DNA of 63,872 nucleotides, the filler included, from Craspedostauros australis (lineage: Eukaryota): NCBI GenBank assembly GCA_030167865.1. It is 9 parts of 9 records of this genome, joined end to end, with 100 filler letters (N's around TTAATTAATTAA, not from the genome) between each part and the next. Parts side by side here need not be neighbours in the genome. Positions count along the whole stretch, not along the records: positions 1 to 6,985 come from JALAGF010003854.1; positions 7,086 to 21,188 come from JALAGF010003855.1; 7 more parts are not named here. The stretch is one strand, 5' to 3'. Positions 1 through 10,258 of the stretch are shown piece by piece. The translations under genes and the position numbers were made by a program. Each line of letters begins with the position of its first letter. Position 1 is the first letter of the stretch. The notes under the pieces were generated by a model, which saw only the letters and a list, made by a program, of their open reading frames with translations, made no database searches and was not told the DNA's origin.

Positions 1-1184
1 ACGGTGCAACGGAATGATGGGATGTTGTACAAGCCATCGTTCCAACTGTATCCCACCACAAGGTACATTCACACGAGGACATGGAGTATCCACCCCTTCC
101 TACTCACACGTATTTACATGCCACACTATTCTAGAGGGAATTATTGTAGTGTACTGCTACTACTATTAACATACGTACTCTCCTCGTTTCGAATGACACA
201 CACACCACGTCATTTCCTCAGTATTGGAAGTTCCGAGTTTGCGAAATGTTGAAGAGAACGTCCCTACAGGATTGGAGCAGCCACTCCTTCGTCGCTTCGT
301 CTACCTGATTCGCGATAGTGCTGTAGGGTTTCTGATCCATAGCTGCCCAGCCGTTTCTCTTGTACCTGCTACGCACGGCATTTCGCACGATGAATTCGTT
401 GTTGGTTGCTCTCGTTCCCCACACGCGGACTTGGCGACCGCCTGTATCGTTGTACAGACCTTCCTCGGGATAGCCGAATTTCTCGTCCTTCATGAAATCG
501 ATGGCGGCCGTCTTCAGTGCGCCGGGTCCGGTGACTACGGGAATGCGCTGCCTCAGCACATTGTTGACGTCGAACAGACGCAAGTAGACCCGATGGACGG
601 CGTAGAACATGAGGGGATGTTTGGGCGACGCCGCGATGAAGTACTGCGCGGGGAAGCCACCGCCTTCGACGACTATGTAGGCATCATCGTCCGGCTGGAT
701 TGCGGCGTCGGTGGTGAACCGAGGTCCAGGGGCGCTGTCCATGTCGGAGTAGATACCACCGTACTCATACAGGACAAGATATCGCCAGAGATCGGTCTTG
801 GCGGCGCCACTGATGAGGCATTCCTGTATCAGTTGCAGATGCGGAAACTCGGGCCAAAACTTCGTGAGCAACCTATCCACGGCTGGATCGTCATGGAAGA
901 GGAAGGAGTGGCCTTCCAGCTCCCAATTCTTCAGGCTGGACCGGAATGCCCCTGTCAAGCAGGGTCTCTTGCCGCTAATGTGCACGATCCTTGGGATCTT
1001 GCGCGGCGGCAGCGTTTGGTTGGCGAACGTGCTGTTGATGAAGAAGGTGCCATTGGGGCACATATGCGGGTCAAACTTGCTCGTCTGGACGAGATCCTCC
1101 AGCGGGATGTAATCAATCTCGCGGCTGGTGTGCTTGGCCCTCTCCTTGGACATGCCTGGTGCTGCGGTCGCCCGTCGGTCGGGA
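1..1184 (+). repeat. Direct repeat copy A (matches 5802..6985, offset 5801 bp)
   Basis: Sequence from base 1 (acggtgcaacggaatgatgg...) recurs at 5802 and runs to the linker at 6985; ORF translations of the two copies are identical. Confidence 0.97.
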
Positions 1185-1411
1185 TCTTCCTCCCAGCTCT
1201 CATCACCTTCCAATGTGGCGTTGCCGAAAAGTGTGGATCGATCAGAATTGTACGCGACCATCACCGACATATCTTGCAGATTTCTGGTGCAGAACACGCA
1301 GAGTATCACGATGGCCACCACGCTGCGCGGGGAGAAGGTCAGCGGCTGTTCCTCGCGACCCTTCTGCGTACGAGTATCTGCCGTGTTCTTGTTCTTGCGT
1401 TTGGCAGCCAT
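218..1411 (-). CDS. GT32-family (Och1/Sur1-like) DxD glycosyltransferase, type II membrane protein
   Basis: Motifs IPRIVH, FHDD, AAKTDLWRYLVLYEYGGIYSDMD and VTGPGAL. N-terminal TM VVAIVILCVFC. First ATG (caaccATG context) at 1411. Confidence 0.88.
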   Translation of the reverse strand: MAAKRKNKNTADTRTQKGREEQPLTFSPRSVVAIVILCVFCTRNLQDMSVMVAYNSDRSTLFGNATLEGDESWEEDPDRRATAAPGMSKERAKHTSREIDYIPLEDLVQTSKFDPHMCPNGTFFINSTFANQTLPPRKIPRIVHISGKRPCLTGAFRSSLKNWELEGHSFLFHDDPAVDRLLTKFWPEFPHLQLIQECLISGAAKTDLWRYLVLYEYGGIYSDMDSAPGPRFTTDAAIQPDDDAYIVVEGGGFPAQYFIAASPKHPLMFYAVHRVYLRLFDVNNVLRQRIPVVTGPGALKTAAIDFMKDEKFGYPEEGLYNDTGGRQVRVWGTRATNNEFIVRNAVRSRYKRNGWAAMDQKPYSTIANQVDEATKEWLLQSCRDVLFNISQTRNFQY

Positions 1412-2254
1412 GGTTGAACCTTGTGATCTCGAACTTTCGTCGTCTATGTTGTTGTGACTGCCAAGTCGGAATACGATGGTGACGACCTCGTTGTCTCTGT
1501 TTCTGTTTTTTGCAGGCAGATGTGTGCGGTCCACAACACACGCATCTTACGCAGGTTTCTCACGAATAACCGCGGGCGACTATCTTCACAAGCGAGATGC
1601 ACGCGAAACGGTTAACACAGCGTTACGGTGCGAACACGAGCATTGCCCATTGGTAGTGCGCGAGGGAAGGTGCAGTGGGCCTACACGACCAAATCACCTC
1701 CATTTTCTGAATCTTTGTGGCTTTGCCACCACTTTATTGGATTCCATGTTGGTGATGACTTGGTTTATCATACTCGTTCGCTCATGCGAGCCGACGTGAG
1801 CAAGGGACCACCTGAAGAGACGCCAAGAATACTGGGACCCCGCTCTGAGGATGGACTGCCAGGCAGCTGGAATGGCTTGGATAGTGCTGCATCCTCTTTG
1901 CCCATTGTGTTCTGGCACCTTATGAATGGCGTCAGAGGGATGTAGTCCTGCCATTCACTTCTGCATGACAAGGCTGGCAACAAGTGGACGCACCGACCTT
2001 AGGTCACACATGAATCCCTTCTGCAACACATGCCCTGCTGAGTGAAGGATCCTTGTTCCTCATGCCAGATCCGTGCTTCTCATCGTGGACTGACAACACG
2101 AAGCACACACCAGACATAAAAAACCCATACCAGATGAAACACACGTTGTCCCAGCGTGGTTTCTGGCGCCATTCTGAATCTTTTGTTCTCACACATCGAT
2201 CTCATTTGCACTTGTACACACATCACACCCACATCAACCTCAACAATTGCAACC

Positions 2255-3480
2255 ATGTTGATGAACAATGACAAGATCCGCAACTGCATCACAAACATCC
2301 TGAGCTTCTCCAACAACATCATTGGTGTTGCACTCAACAAACAAGGGCTGTTCCAATTTGAAACCTCTTCATGTTCACCAACAATGATAATCAGCAATTA
2401 CACACAGGACAAGAGGGGAGCACCAAACACTGCACTTACTACGCCACCAGGGTGATCAAGCCAAGAGGTGGAGTCAGTGTGTTTGGTGTTGTTGTTGTTG
2501 CTATGTTAGTGTGTCAATTGATGATTGAGTTTGAATTATGAGATGATGATCTCCTATTGCTAATGATGGTGCCTATTGCACGGGTTTCTAATGTGCTGCT
2601 CGATTACCTCGTGGTTTCTCTCGCAGTCTTTCCTAAAACATTGCCCAAGATGGCATGTTGATCTACACAATATCTCGTGTTATTCTCGCCTTTGGGTCTT
2701 TCTTCATCTCTGTCTGATCTTGTCTGCCTGGATCTCTGTTTGATCATATAAGGGTTGATCCATCTACGTCGGCAGGGTGCTTACATCACCCCTGACGATG
2801 TTGTTCTGGATCCTAAGTATTGTTGCCACGTGCTCGATGATACACTCGGTCTTGCTAGACAGGTCAGCATACCATGACTAAGATATAATCTCGATTCCGA
2901 GGATCACACTGACTGATCCTCTGATGTCATTGATGATGTCAGTGCCTACGTCAGATTCGATGACTGTAGTGACTGAATCTCAATCGTGTATCAAGACTCA
3001 CTCGACTATACTCTCAAATCGAGTCGAATCAGAAATAGTGAATCACGTTACAGTCATGGGAGATGGGTACCTAATTTCGCTCTAGATGTTGATAAACAAC
3101 GACCTCAAGCACTCTGCAAGCGCATCCACAGCAGAAGTGGTCTGGTGGAAAACCCATCCAATGTATCTGGATGAACATCAATGACTCCCACATGCATCAA
3201 GAACCCAGGTGTGACCATTGGATGGGTCCATAAGTTGGAGCTCCAGTAACTGTGTTGCATCTGATTCCATTGCAACTGCATTCAACATCTGTTCACAGCA
3301 GCCGATGCCCCCAAGGCTTGTCTTGCCACCACATGGACGCTGTGCAAGAGGAACAACAAATCAAGGAGGCGCCCATGCTGGACATGCCTGATTCCCTCAT
3401 CAAGCTGGAAAACACCAGGGAGACCCTCAATGACATCTGTAACTACCTGGAGAACATACTTGGTGCCTCAGACATGCCAC
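2255..3480 (+). mobile_element. Degenerate Ty1/Copia-type gag relic, split by a ~0.7 kb insertion (~2460..3170)
   Basis: Fragments caaccATG..ILSFSNNIIGVALNKQGLFQFE (2255-2360), NPGVTIGWVHKLEL (~3202-3243) and NYLENILGASDMP (~3440-3480) resemble diatom Copia gag as I recall it. Stops, frameshifts and strong CpG depletion. Confidence 0.55.
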
Positions 3481-4240
3481 CAGGATCTGCTGGTGGGAAA
3501 GAAAAGGCTTCCATGATGGTTGGAGACTGGATGCAGCTTGGCGAAGTTCCAAGGGCAAGGGACAGATTGAGATTTGCAGCCTCCATTGGTGCTGCTTGGG
3601 TATGCCATGCTGGGGGCATCAAAGTTGTTGCAGAGCCTGGATGTGATGCACCCCGTCAGTGCATCCTGTGTTTTCTGAAGAGCAGCCATGATCTTGGCCA
3701 TCTACTTGGAGTCTTCTACCGCAGAGTTGCGCTTGGACTTGCGCTTCTGTGCCGTAGTTCTAACTTGTTGTGCTGGCAGTGCTTTCCTGGTGGCGGATGC
3801 AACACTGCTGCCATGCGTGGCTGCAGCTGTTGCAGAGGCAACTGCAGTGCTGATTGTAGAATTTGTGCTGAATTTATCCATGGGACAATGACGCCCCAAC
3901 ATCACATTCTCCATTTTGGCTGTCAGCCGTTTCCAACCAGCAATCCACTTGGCAGAGCTGATGACATCCTCAGGGAAGCTCTGGAGCTCCTCATGAGCAT
4001 CCATGAGTTGGCCAAGCCATCCATGCCAGCACTTGCTATGGTCACCTCTGTGAGGATGGAGACGATTGTACTTGCTTGTGTGATCCATGAGGTGCTGGGA
4101 ATGGCGCTTCATCGTTTTCACCTTGGGTTTCCCCTTGGGGTAGAGGGAAGGGCAGGAGCCACACATTGCCTCACAGATGATTTTCCATGCCTCCCCAATG
4201 GGACAAACCCATGTTTGAAATCCAGGGTTATAGTAGGAAT
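3468..4240 (-). pseudogene. Decayed ~250-codon ORF, probably transposon-derived
   Basis: ORFs 3702..4166 and 3468..3701 share a frame and are separated by one TAG. The frame stays open upstream (YYNPGFQTWVCPIGEAWKIICEAM). CpG-depleted; basic RKRKSKR-like patch. Confidence 0.4.
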
Positions 4241-5156
4241 CTAATCTGTTATTAGATCGTACCGTTTTAGAACTGTGAGATCAATCTCATTGTCTCTTCT
4301 CAATTCCAATTCGGTAGCAAGCATGATCCACAGTAGCACACCATGATCATACGCATGTCCACGGTTGCTTTCATCTACATCTTCATCTTGCTCTCTCTCT
4401 CTCTCTCTTGTTGTCTCATCATGCATTTCAGTAGCTTTGTTTCTCTTCTACATTTGAGCAATACATCTCAAAGCCATATGGGTACCTTGCCATGGGTCTC
4501 ATGTCGATCGGTCCGACATCATCGTTTGTTCCTCAGTATTCCTCTCACGCTACCACCATGTCATCCATGATCATATCTGTCACATGTCCCATTGTCATTC
4601 GTGCTCTTGGGTGACTAAGGGATTGTCTCTGTTTCTCTTTCTCAGCGTTTCTCCCTTTCAGGTGGCTCCGAAGTGTCTCTGTCCGTCGAGGCGCGTCAAC
4701 TTGTTTGGGATGTATTGTTGGTATCGTTCATAGTTCTTGGCTCATGCACGGATGCATCCCTAGTGGTCGAGTCCCAGATTCGCACTCATTATCCTGATGG
4801 ACCATGACCAGACTCTGTCACAGGACATGACTGGATGTGAGGCGACGCACAGATGATTGTGCGAGGTGGGACAGGCTACAAGGTTGTCCGAGTGTGGTCA
4901 ACCAGAGTTGATACGTTGAGTCGTGATGATGTTGGTGGGAGGTGAGGCAATCAAGAGTAATTTGGTAAAAACGTACCCTCGATTCCTGACGGTGGTGCAT
5001 TGTGTTTGGTGTGTCACGTTTTCGGACGATTTGTGTGTTGCTGGGACGCACAGAACGTCAAATCATGCCACACATGATAACGTGTAAGTAACGCGTACCA
5101 AACGACCGACGCCTTCGGGACCAAGTCCGTGACTGGACACCTGACGATAAATACCG

Positions 5157-5394
5157 GAGAACATCGTTGAACCTTCTGCCACCAAACAACATGTGTTGTG
5201 CTGTTGGATCCACGCGATTAGACGAAACACATTGATAGGTCCATAAAGCTTAAAATAAGATCTAACTAAAATGTAACGGTTATTCATTTATAAGAAGATT
5301 GAAAGGATTACGGATATGTGCTTGGTTTGGATATCGCAGATGAAAAGTTAGAATGTCCATTTCAAATGGCTGGCCAACTCGCTCGAGGGGCTCA
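5157..5394 (-). mobile_element. Dispersed repeat, putative Tc1/mariner-like terminus (copy 1)
   Basis: Diverged reverse complement of 34073..34311 (shared atatgtgcttggtttggatatcgcagatgaaaagttagaatgtc). Similarity ends at a TA dinucleotide (5395-5396). Confidence 0.65.
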
Positions 5395-5801
5395 TAGTTT
5401 CCCACACCTGAGGCCGAAGCGTAAAAAAGGTTCTGCACGTCAAGACCATGTGCCAAGGCCAGCACGCGACAAAGGGAGGACTACCAACGCCAACGTCACC
5501 CGAGCATGGAAAAGGAAGGGGCGTTGGGCTTAGTCAGTTTAGTCGTCAGGCAACCATGCAGTCAAATGAGGTCCAGCTCGGCTCCACAGACGCTGAAATT
5601 TTTGGACACAGTCGAGTTACATCGAGTTTTCCTGCATCGTGGAACAAACCCTCGTGACGGACATGCGATGCCATGCCATACGAACATGTGCGGCTTCGAT
5701 CGTAAATGGACAAGAGCGCAATCAGTTGGCTCGAGCATCCTCTGGTACCTGGTGATCTCTTTCCTATTTGCGGATGGAGAGATATCAATCGCTGAGAGCG
5801 C

Positions 5802-6985
5802 ACGGTGCAACGGAATGATGGGATGTTGTACAAGCCATCGTTCCAACTGTATCCCACCACAAGGTACATTCACACGAGGACATGGAGTATCCACCCCTTC
5901 CTACTCACACGTATTTACATGCCACACTATTCTAGAGGGAATTATTGTAGTGTACTGCTACTACTATTAACATACGTACTCTCCTCGTTTCGAATGACAC
6001 ACACACCACGTCATTTCCTCAGTATTGGAAGTTCCGAGTTTGCGAAATGTTGAAGAGAACGTCCCTACAGGATTGGAGCAGCCACTCCTTCGTCGCTTCG
6101 TCTACCTGATTCGCGATAGTGCTGTAGGGTTTCTGATCCATAGCTGCCCAGCCGTTTCTCTTGTACCTGCTACGCACGGCATTTCGCACGATGAATTCGT
6201 TGTTGGTTGCTCTCGTTCCCCACACGCGGACTTGGCGACCGCCTGTATCGTTGTACAGACCTTCCTCGGGATAGCCGAATTTCTCGTCCTTCATGAAATC
6301 GATGGCGGCCGTCTTCAGTGCGCCGGGTCCGGTGACTACGGGAATGCGCTGCCTCAGCACATTGTTGACGTCGAACAGACGCAAGTAGACCCGATGGACG
6401 GCGTAGAACATGAGGGGATGTTTGGGCGACGCCGCGATGAAGTACTGCGCGGGGAAGCCACCGCCTTCGACGACTATGTAGGCATCATCGTCCGGCTGGA
6501 TTGCGGCGTCGGTGGTGAACCGAGGTCCAGGGGCGCTGTCCATGTCGGAGTAGATACCACCGTACTCATACAGGACAAGATATCGCCAGAGATCGGTCTT
6601 GGCGGCGCCACTGATGAGGCATTCCTGTATCAGTTGCAGATGCGGAAACTCGGGCCAAAACTTCGTGAGCAACCTATCCACGGCTGGATCGTCATGGAAG
6701 AGGAAGGAGTGGCCTTCCAGCTCCCAATTCTTCAGGCTGGACCGGAATGCCCCTGTCAAGCAGGGTCTCTTGCCGCTAATGTGCACGATCCTTGGGATCT
6801 TGCGCGGCGGCAGCGTTTGGTTGGCGAACGTGCTGTTGATGAAGAAGGTGCCATTGGGGCACATATGCGGGTCAAACTTGCTCGTCTGGACGAGATCCTC
6901 CAGCGGGATGTAATCAATCTCGCGGCTGGTGTGCTTGGCCCTCTCCTTGGACATGCCTGGTGCTGCGGTCGCCCGTCGGTCGGGA
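5802..6985 (+). repeat. Direct repeat copy B (matches 1..1184)
   Basis: Same sequence as 1..1184; ends at the contig break. Confidence 0.97.
6019..6985 (-). CDS. Second copy of the GT32 glycosyltransferase, 5' end cut by the contig break
   Basis: Translation identical to the C-terminal part of 218..1411. Confidence 0.85.
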
Positions 6986-7085
6986 NNNNNNNNNNNNNNN
7001 NNNNNNNNNNNNNNNNNNNNNNNNNNNNNTTAATTAATTAANNNNNNNNNNNNNNNNNNNNNNNNNNNNNNNNNNNNNNNNNNNN
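6986..7085. other. Artificial contig linker
   Basis: 44 N + TTAATTAATTAA (stops in all six frames) + 44 N. Confidence 0.98.
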
Positions 7086-7728
7086 CATCAGCGTCGCAAA
7101 CGTGGACTCCTTCGGGAACATTGCATCCTCGTCAACAAGAAACATCAGGATGGATGTATCAGCCCCTGGTCAATACGTGATAAGTCTCAGCAACGACGGG
7201 TACTCCATAACGACGTTGTCAGGAACTTCAATGGCAGCACCGCATGTCAGCGGTCTCGCCGCGCTGTTGAAGAGCATTGACCCCAGTGCCACCCCCTTTG
7301 ACATCCGCAGAGCTCTCTCGTTGACAGCAGTTGACAGGTCCGTCGAGGGTCTGGACGGCGTGTACGGATACGGCATTGTGGATGGCGTGCAGGCTGCTGA
7401 CTTCTTGACAGGCACGTACAATCAGAACGGGAACTGCGCGCCTGACGAGCAGCTCATCACTGTGCGACTCACAACGGATGACTACCCGCTGGAGACCAGC
7501 TGGGAGATTTGGCAAGACGATGTGGCCTTGCTGCGCTACATGGGTTTCGACCCCAATTCCGAAGTGACGATCAATGAGTGCATCCCGACAACCGGTTGCC
7601 TCGTGTTCATCCTTCGGGATACTTACGGCGACGGGATCTGCTGTGAAGATGGTGCCGGCAGCGTGGAGGTGGAGCTGGATGGGCAGCTGCTGTTCGTCGA
7701 CAACTTCGAAGATGGCGAATTCACAGGC
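7086..7728 (+). repeat. Terminal direct repeat copy A (matches 20546..21188, offset 13460 bp)
   Basis: The first 643 bp of this contig match its last 643 bp. Confidence 0.96.
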
Positions 7729-7842
7729 ACTCTCTTCGGTCCAGGCTGCCCCCAAACTACCCCATCAATACCACAGCCAACAATACGACCCCATTCAGGG
7801 TTCGCACGTAAGCAAATGCGGATTTTTAATATTAGCATCTAG
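7087..7842 (+). CDS. 3' part of S8 subtilisin-like protease (catalytic Ser region plus C-terminal domain)
   Basis: GTSMAAPHVSG, GYGIVD and C-terminal TDDYPLETSW..DTYGDGICC. Frame open from the linker; TAG at 7840-7842. Confidence 0.85.
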   Translation: MSVANVDSFGNIASSSTRNIRMDVSAPGQYVISLSNDGYSITTLSGTSMAAPHVSGLAALLKSIDPSATPFDIRRALSLTAVDRSVEGLDGVYGYGIVDGVQAADFLTGTYNQNGNCAPDEQLITVRLTTDDYPLETSWEIWQDDVALLRYMGFDPNSEVTINECIPTTGCLVFILRDTYGDGICCEDGAGSVEVELDGQLLFVDNFEDGEFTGTLFGPGCPQTTPSIPQPTIRPHSGFARKQMRIFNISI

Positions 7843-8328
7843 ACCATCCTATTATGTTGCAGAGAGTATATGTGGAAAGTTACAATCTCCTGAGCCCTGT
7901 AGTTATAAAGTTATTTTTTCGCATTAGGCTACGACTAGACACGTCAAGCATGCAGACGCAAAGGGGCAACTCGAGATGCAACTCTCCAGTCGTGCTTTAG
8001 TCTTCCACCCAGTCGTGCCCTTGATCGACCCTCTCACATTTCGCGGGGGCAGGGAGGTTGGCTGCGAAACAATGTCAAGGATTGCGCAGTGGCGGTAGGC
8101 ATGATGAGGCTGTTGCTTTGTCTGAGCGTTGGATTGGCGGAAGACATGTCGAGAGCTGTGAATACATTGGTCAGAGGGGTGCAGGCTCTATGCTATCCAC
8201 GGGTGGTACACCCCAATTTAGCCTTTGCCCTCATCCTTGACTTGACCTTGACCCTGCCTTGTTCTTGGTTCTGCTGCCGTTCATGGCCCAAGAGGTTGAC
8301 CCCACTCCACATCCCAATCAGCACACAC

Positions 8329-9510
8329 TAATAATAATAACTCACTGACTATCCCTTGTGCACAAGGTTGCCTCGAAGGCTTTATAGTCGCCTGCGTACG
8401 GCGAGCCCTAACAGCAGACCGCTCTGGAACAATTTCTGCGAGGATCTCAATTCCTTTCCTTCCAAAGCTTGCCATCACCGTGGGCCACATATAACGTACC
8501 GCACTGGGCACCCGATTCTAAACCCGCCATGCACTTCACTGATCTCATGTATTCCCGCGTCACCTCCTCGCTTGCTAACGCTGCGCTCTCCCTAACTGGA
8601 GACTGCATGCGCGCTTCCTCGTCTGCCTCCTCCGTATGCTGTTGTCCACCCCCAGTCGCCCGCTTCACAGATTCTCTGCTGCGCCCGTCACTGCCGCCAC
8701 CTCCTGTTCTCGTGCCTGTCTTTTACGTTCAGCCGCCGCCCCTACTCGGGATGCCGCCACATGCCTCACCCGCGCGAGTTGCTCATCCACAGGCATGCTC
8801 CGGATGTGCGCCTCACTCGTGTTCGTCATGCGTCCCATGTCCTTCCTTTGCAGGTCGCTGGTCCCTTGTCGCCATGTGGCTTCAGCCTCAACCTGGGCTC
8901 TGTTGGCTCTGGCTGTCTGCTTCTTCCACTCTTTGTCCTCATGTAGCACCGTATTCCTTGCTTGCCACGCCGCCCACCGTACTTCCCATAACCCTGCACT
9001 CGCTCGCCCGATCCAGTTCGTGGTCGTCCCTCCGGCGCCATTACGCTGCATAGCCTCCGACTGGACCGCTCTCCATTGTCGCGACCACCGTCCCAGCGCC
9101 ATTTGTCCCACCCAATCCTGCTCTGCGCCGTCGCCGCCCGGTGCACATCGTACCACCCTTGCGGTTCCGCCTCGCGTCGCTCGGTCCACGTGCGTACCTG
9201 TCAGGAATCGGGTGTTGTAAAACACCGCATTGCCGCACTTCCCAAGAGTGTGGAGTTGAGCGTTGTGAAATGGTATGTTACCGCAACTCCCACATTGGAT
9301 CTTTGTGACAGAAAATGTGAGCTGCACGCGTCTTGTGGCGGAGAACGCCACGTGCCGAATGCGAACCGGACTATGACGTTCGGGACCTCAATGCAGGAAT
9401 GCGAATCACACATGCATGTTGCAGGGGGCAGGGATGTTGGAAGCATGACCAACATCACGATACACGCGACTACGGCCCCTATGTCGCAACCAATGAGAAA
9501 AGAGTGCTCG
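8329..9510 (-). mobile_element. 5'-truncated non-LTR retrotransposon (LINE) 3' fragment
   Basis: ORF 8665..9351 has C-x2-C-x10-H-x4-C followed by EQDW..MALGRWS..W and LW......W..RN..LH, typical of LINE ORF2 C-termini. Followed by a hairpin-rich 3' UTR and a (TTA)4 tail at 8329-8340. The 5' boundary is approximate. Confidence 0.7.
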
Positions 9511-10258
9511 AGACATGTCGAGATGTACATGTGAGTATATGTCGAGATGTACGTTTATATGTGCATCGTTCACCCGCTATTCTCTCATACGCACTTGGAC
9601 GGTATAACTACATTCGCGTCGATAGTATGCTGTGATTCGTCAGAATTACAGTGGAAATGGAACACACGAAAATGAGCAGAATTTCTGGAGGAAATTTGCA
9701 ATCGATGATTTCTGAGAGAATTGGAAATATCGTCCGTCCATCCATCAATCCAGACGTATGGTACCAAGAGAATCTCGAAGTACTTCCCAACTAAACCTCA
9801 GATGACGATATCATCTGACAGACCACTGCATCACCAATGGAACATGGCATCTGGAGAGCAGAAGGACGCCTACTGACGTCGACAGGATGTCATCATGTCA
9901 CCACGTCGACATCTGTCTCCAAGTCAGAGCAGGAGGCGAAGATCCGATGACCGAAGGGCATCAGGATCATGGATACGAGAGGTGAAGTTCAAATGGTAAG
10001 TACTCATGGAGTAGGAGCCAGTACTGAATGAATGGAGTGTCGAATGCGGAGTATGCATCGAACACGGAGTATTGTGTAGCACGAAGTACACGATGCTGAG
10101 ACAGAGAGAGAGAATACAGAGAAGAGCGAGAGAGCATCTCGCACACCGACTCATAGTCGGAGATCGAATCTACAAAACAGATTGAAGCGCCGAGAGCATT
10201 GGGCAAGAGAACTGGTGTACACCGAGAGGATGGGAGTAACCAAGTAATGAAATAGCAA

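Noticed and set aside
224..1417. Long antisense ORFs (also 12352..13029, 39945..41018, 51607..52788)
   Set aside because: Shadows of codon-biased genes on the other strand, with no recognisable motifs.
7030..7041. TTAATTAATTAA recurring eight times
   Set aside because: Always centred in 44+44 N; a synthetic six-frame-stop spacer, not biology.
9516..10255. Possible solo LTRs (also ~30830..31130 and ~54600..55570)
   Set aside because: Non-coding and LTR-like in texture, but I found no convincing TG..CA ends with target duplication and no second copy.
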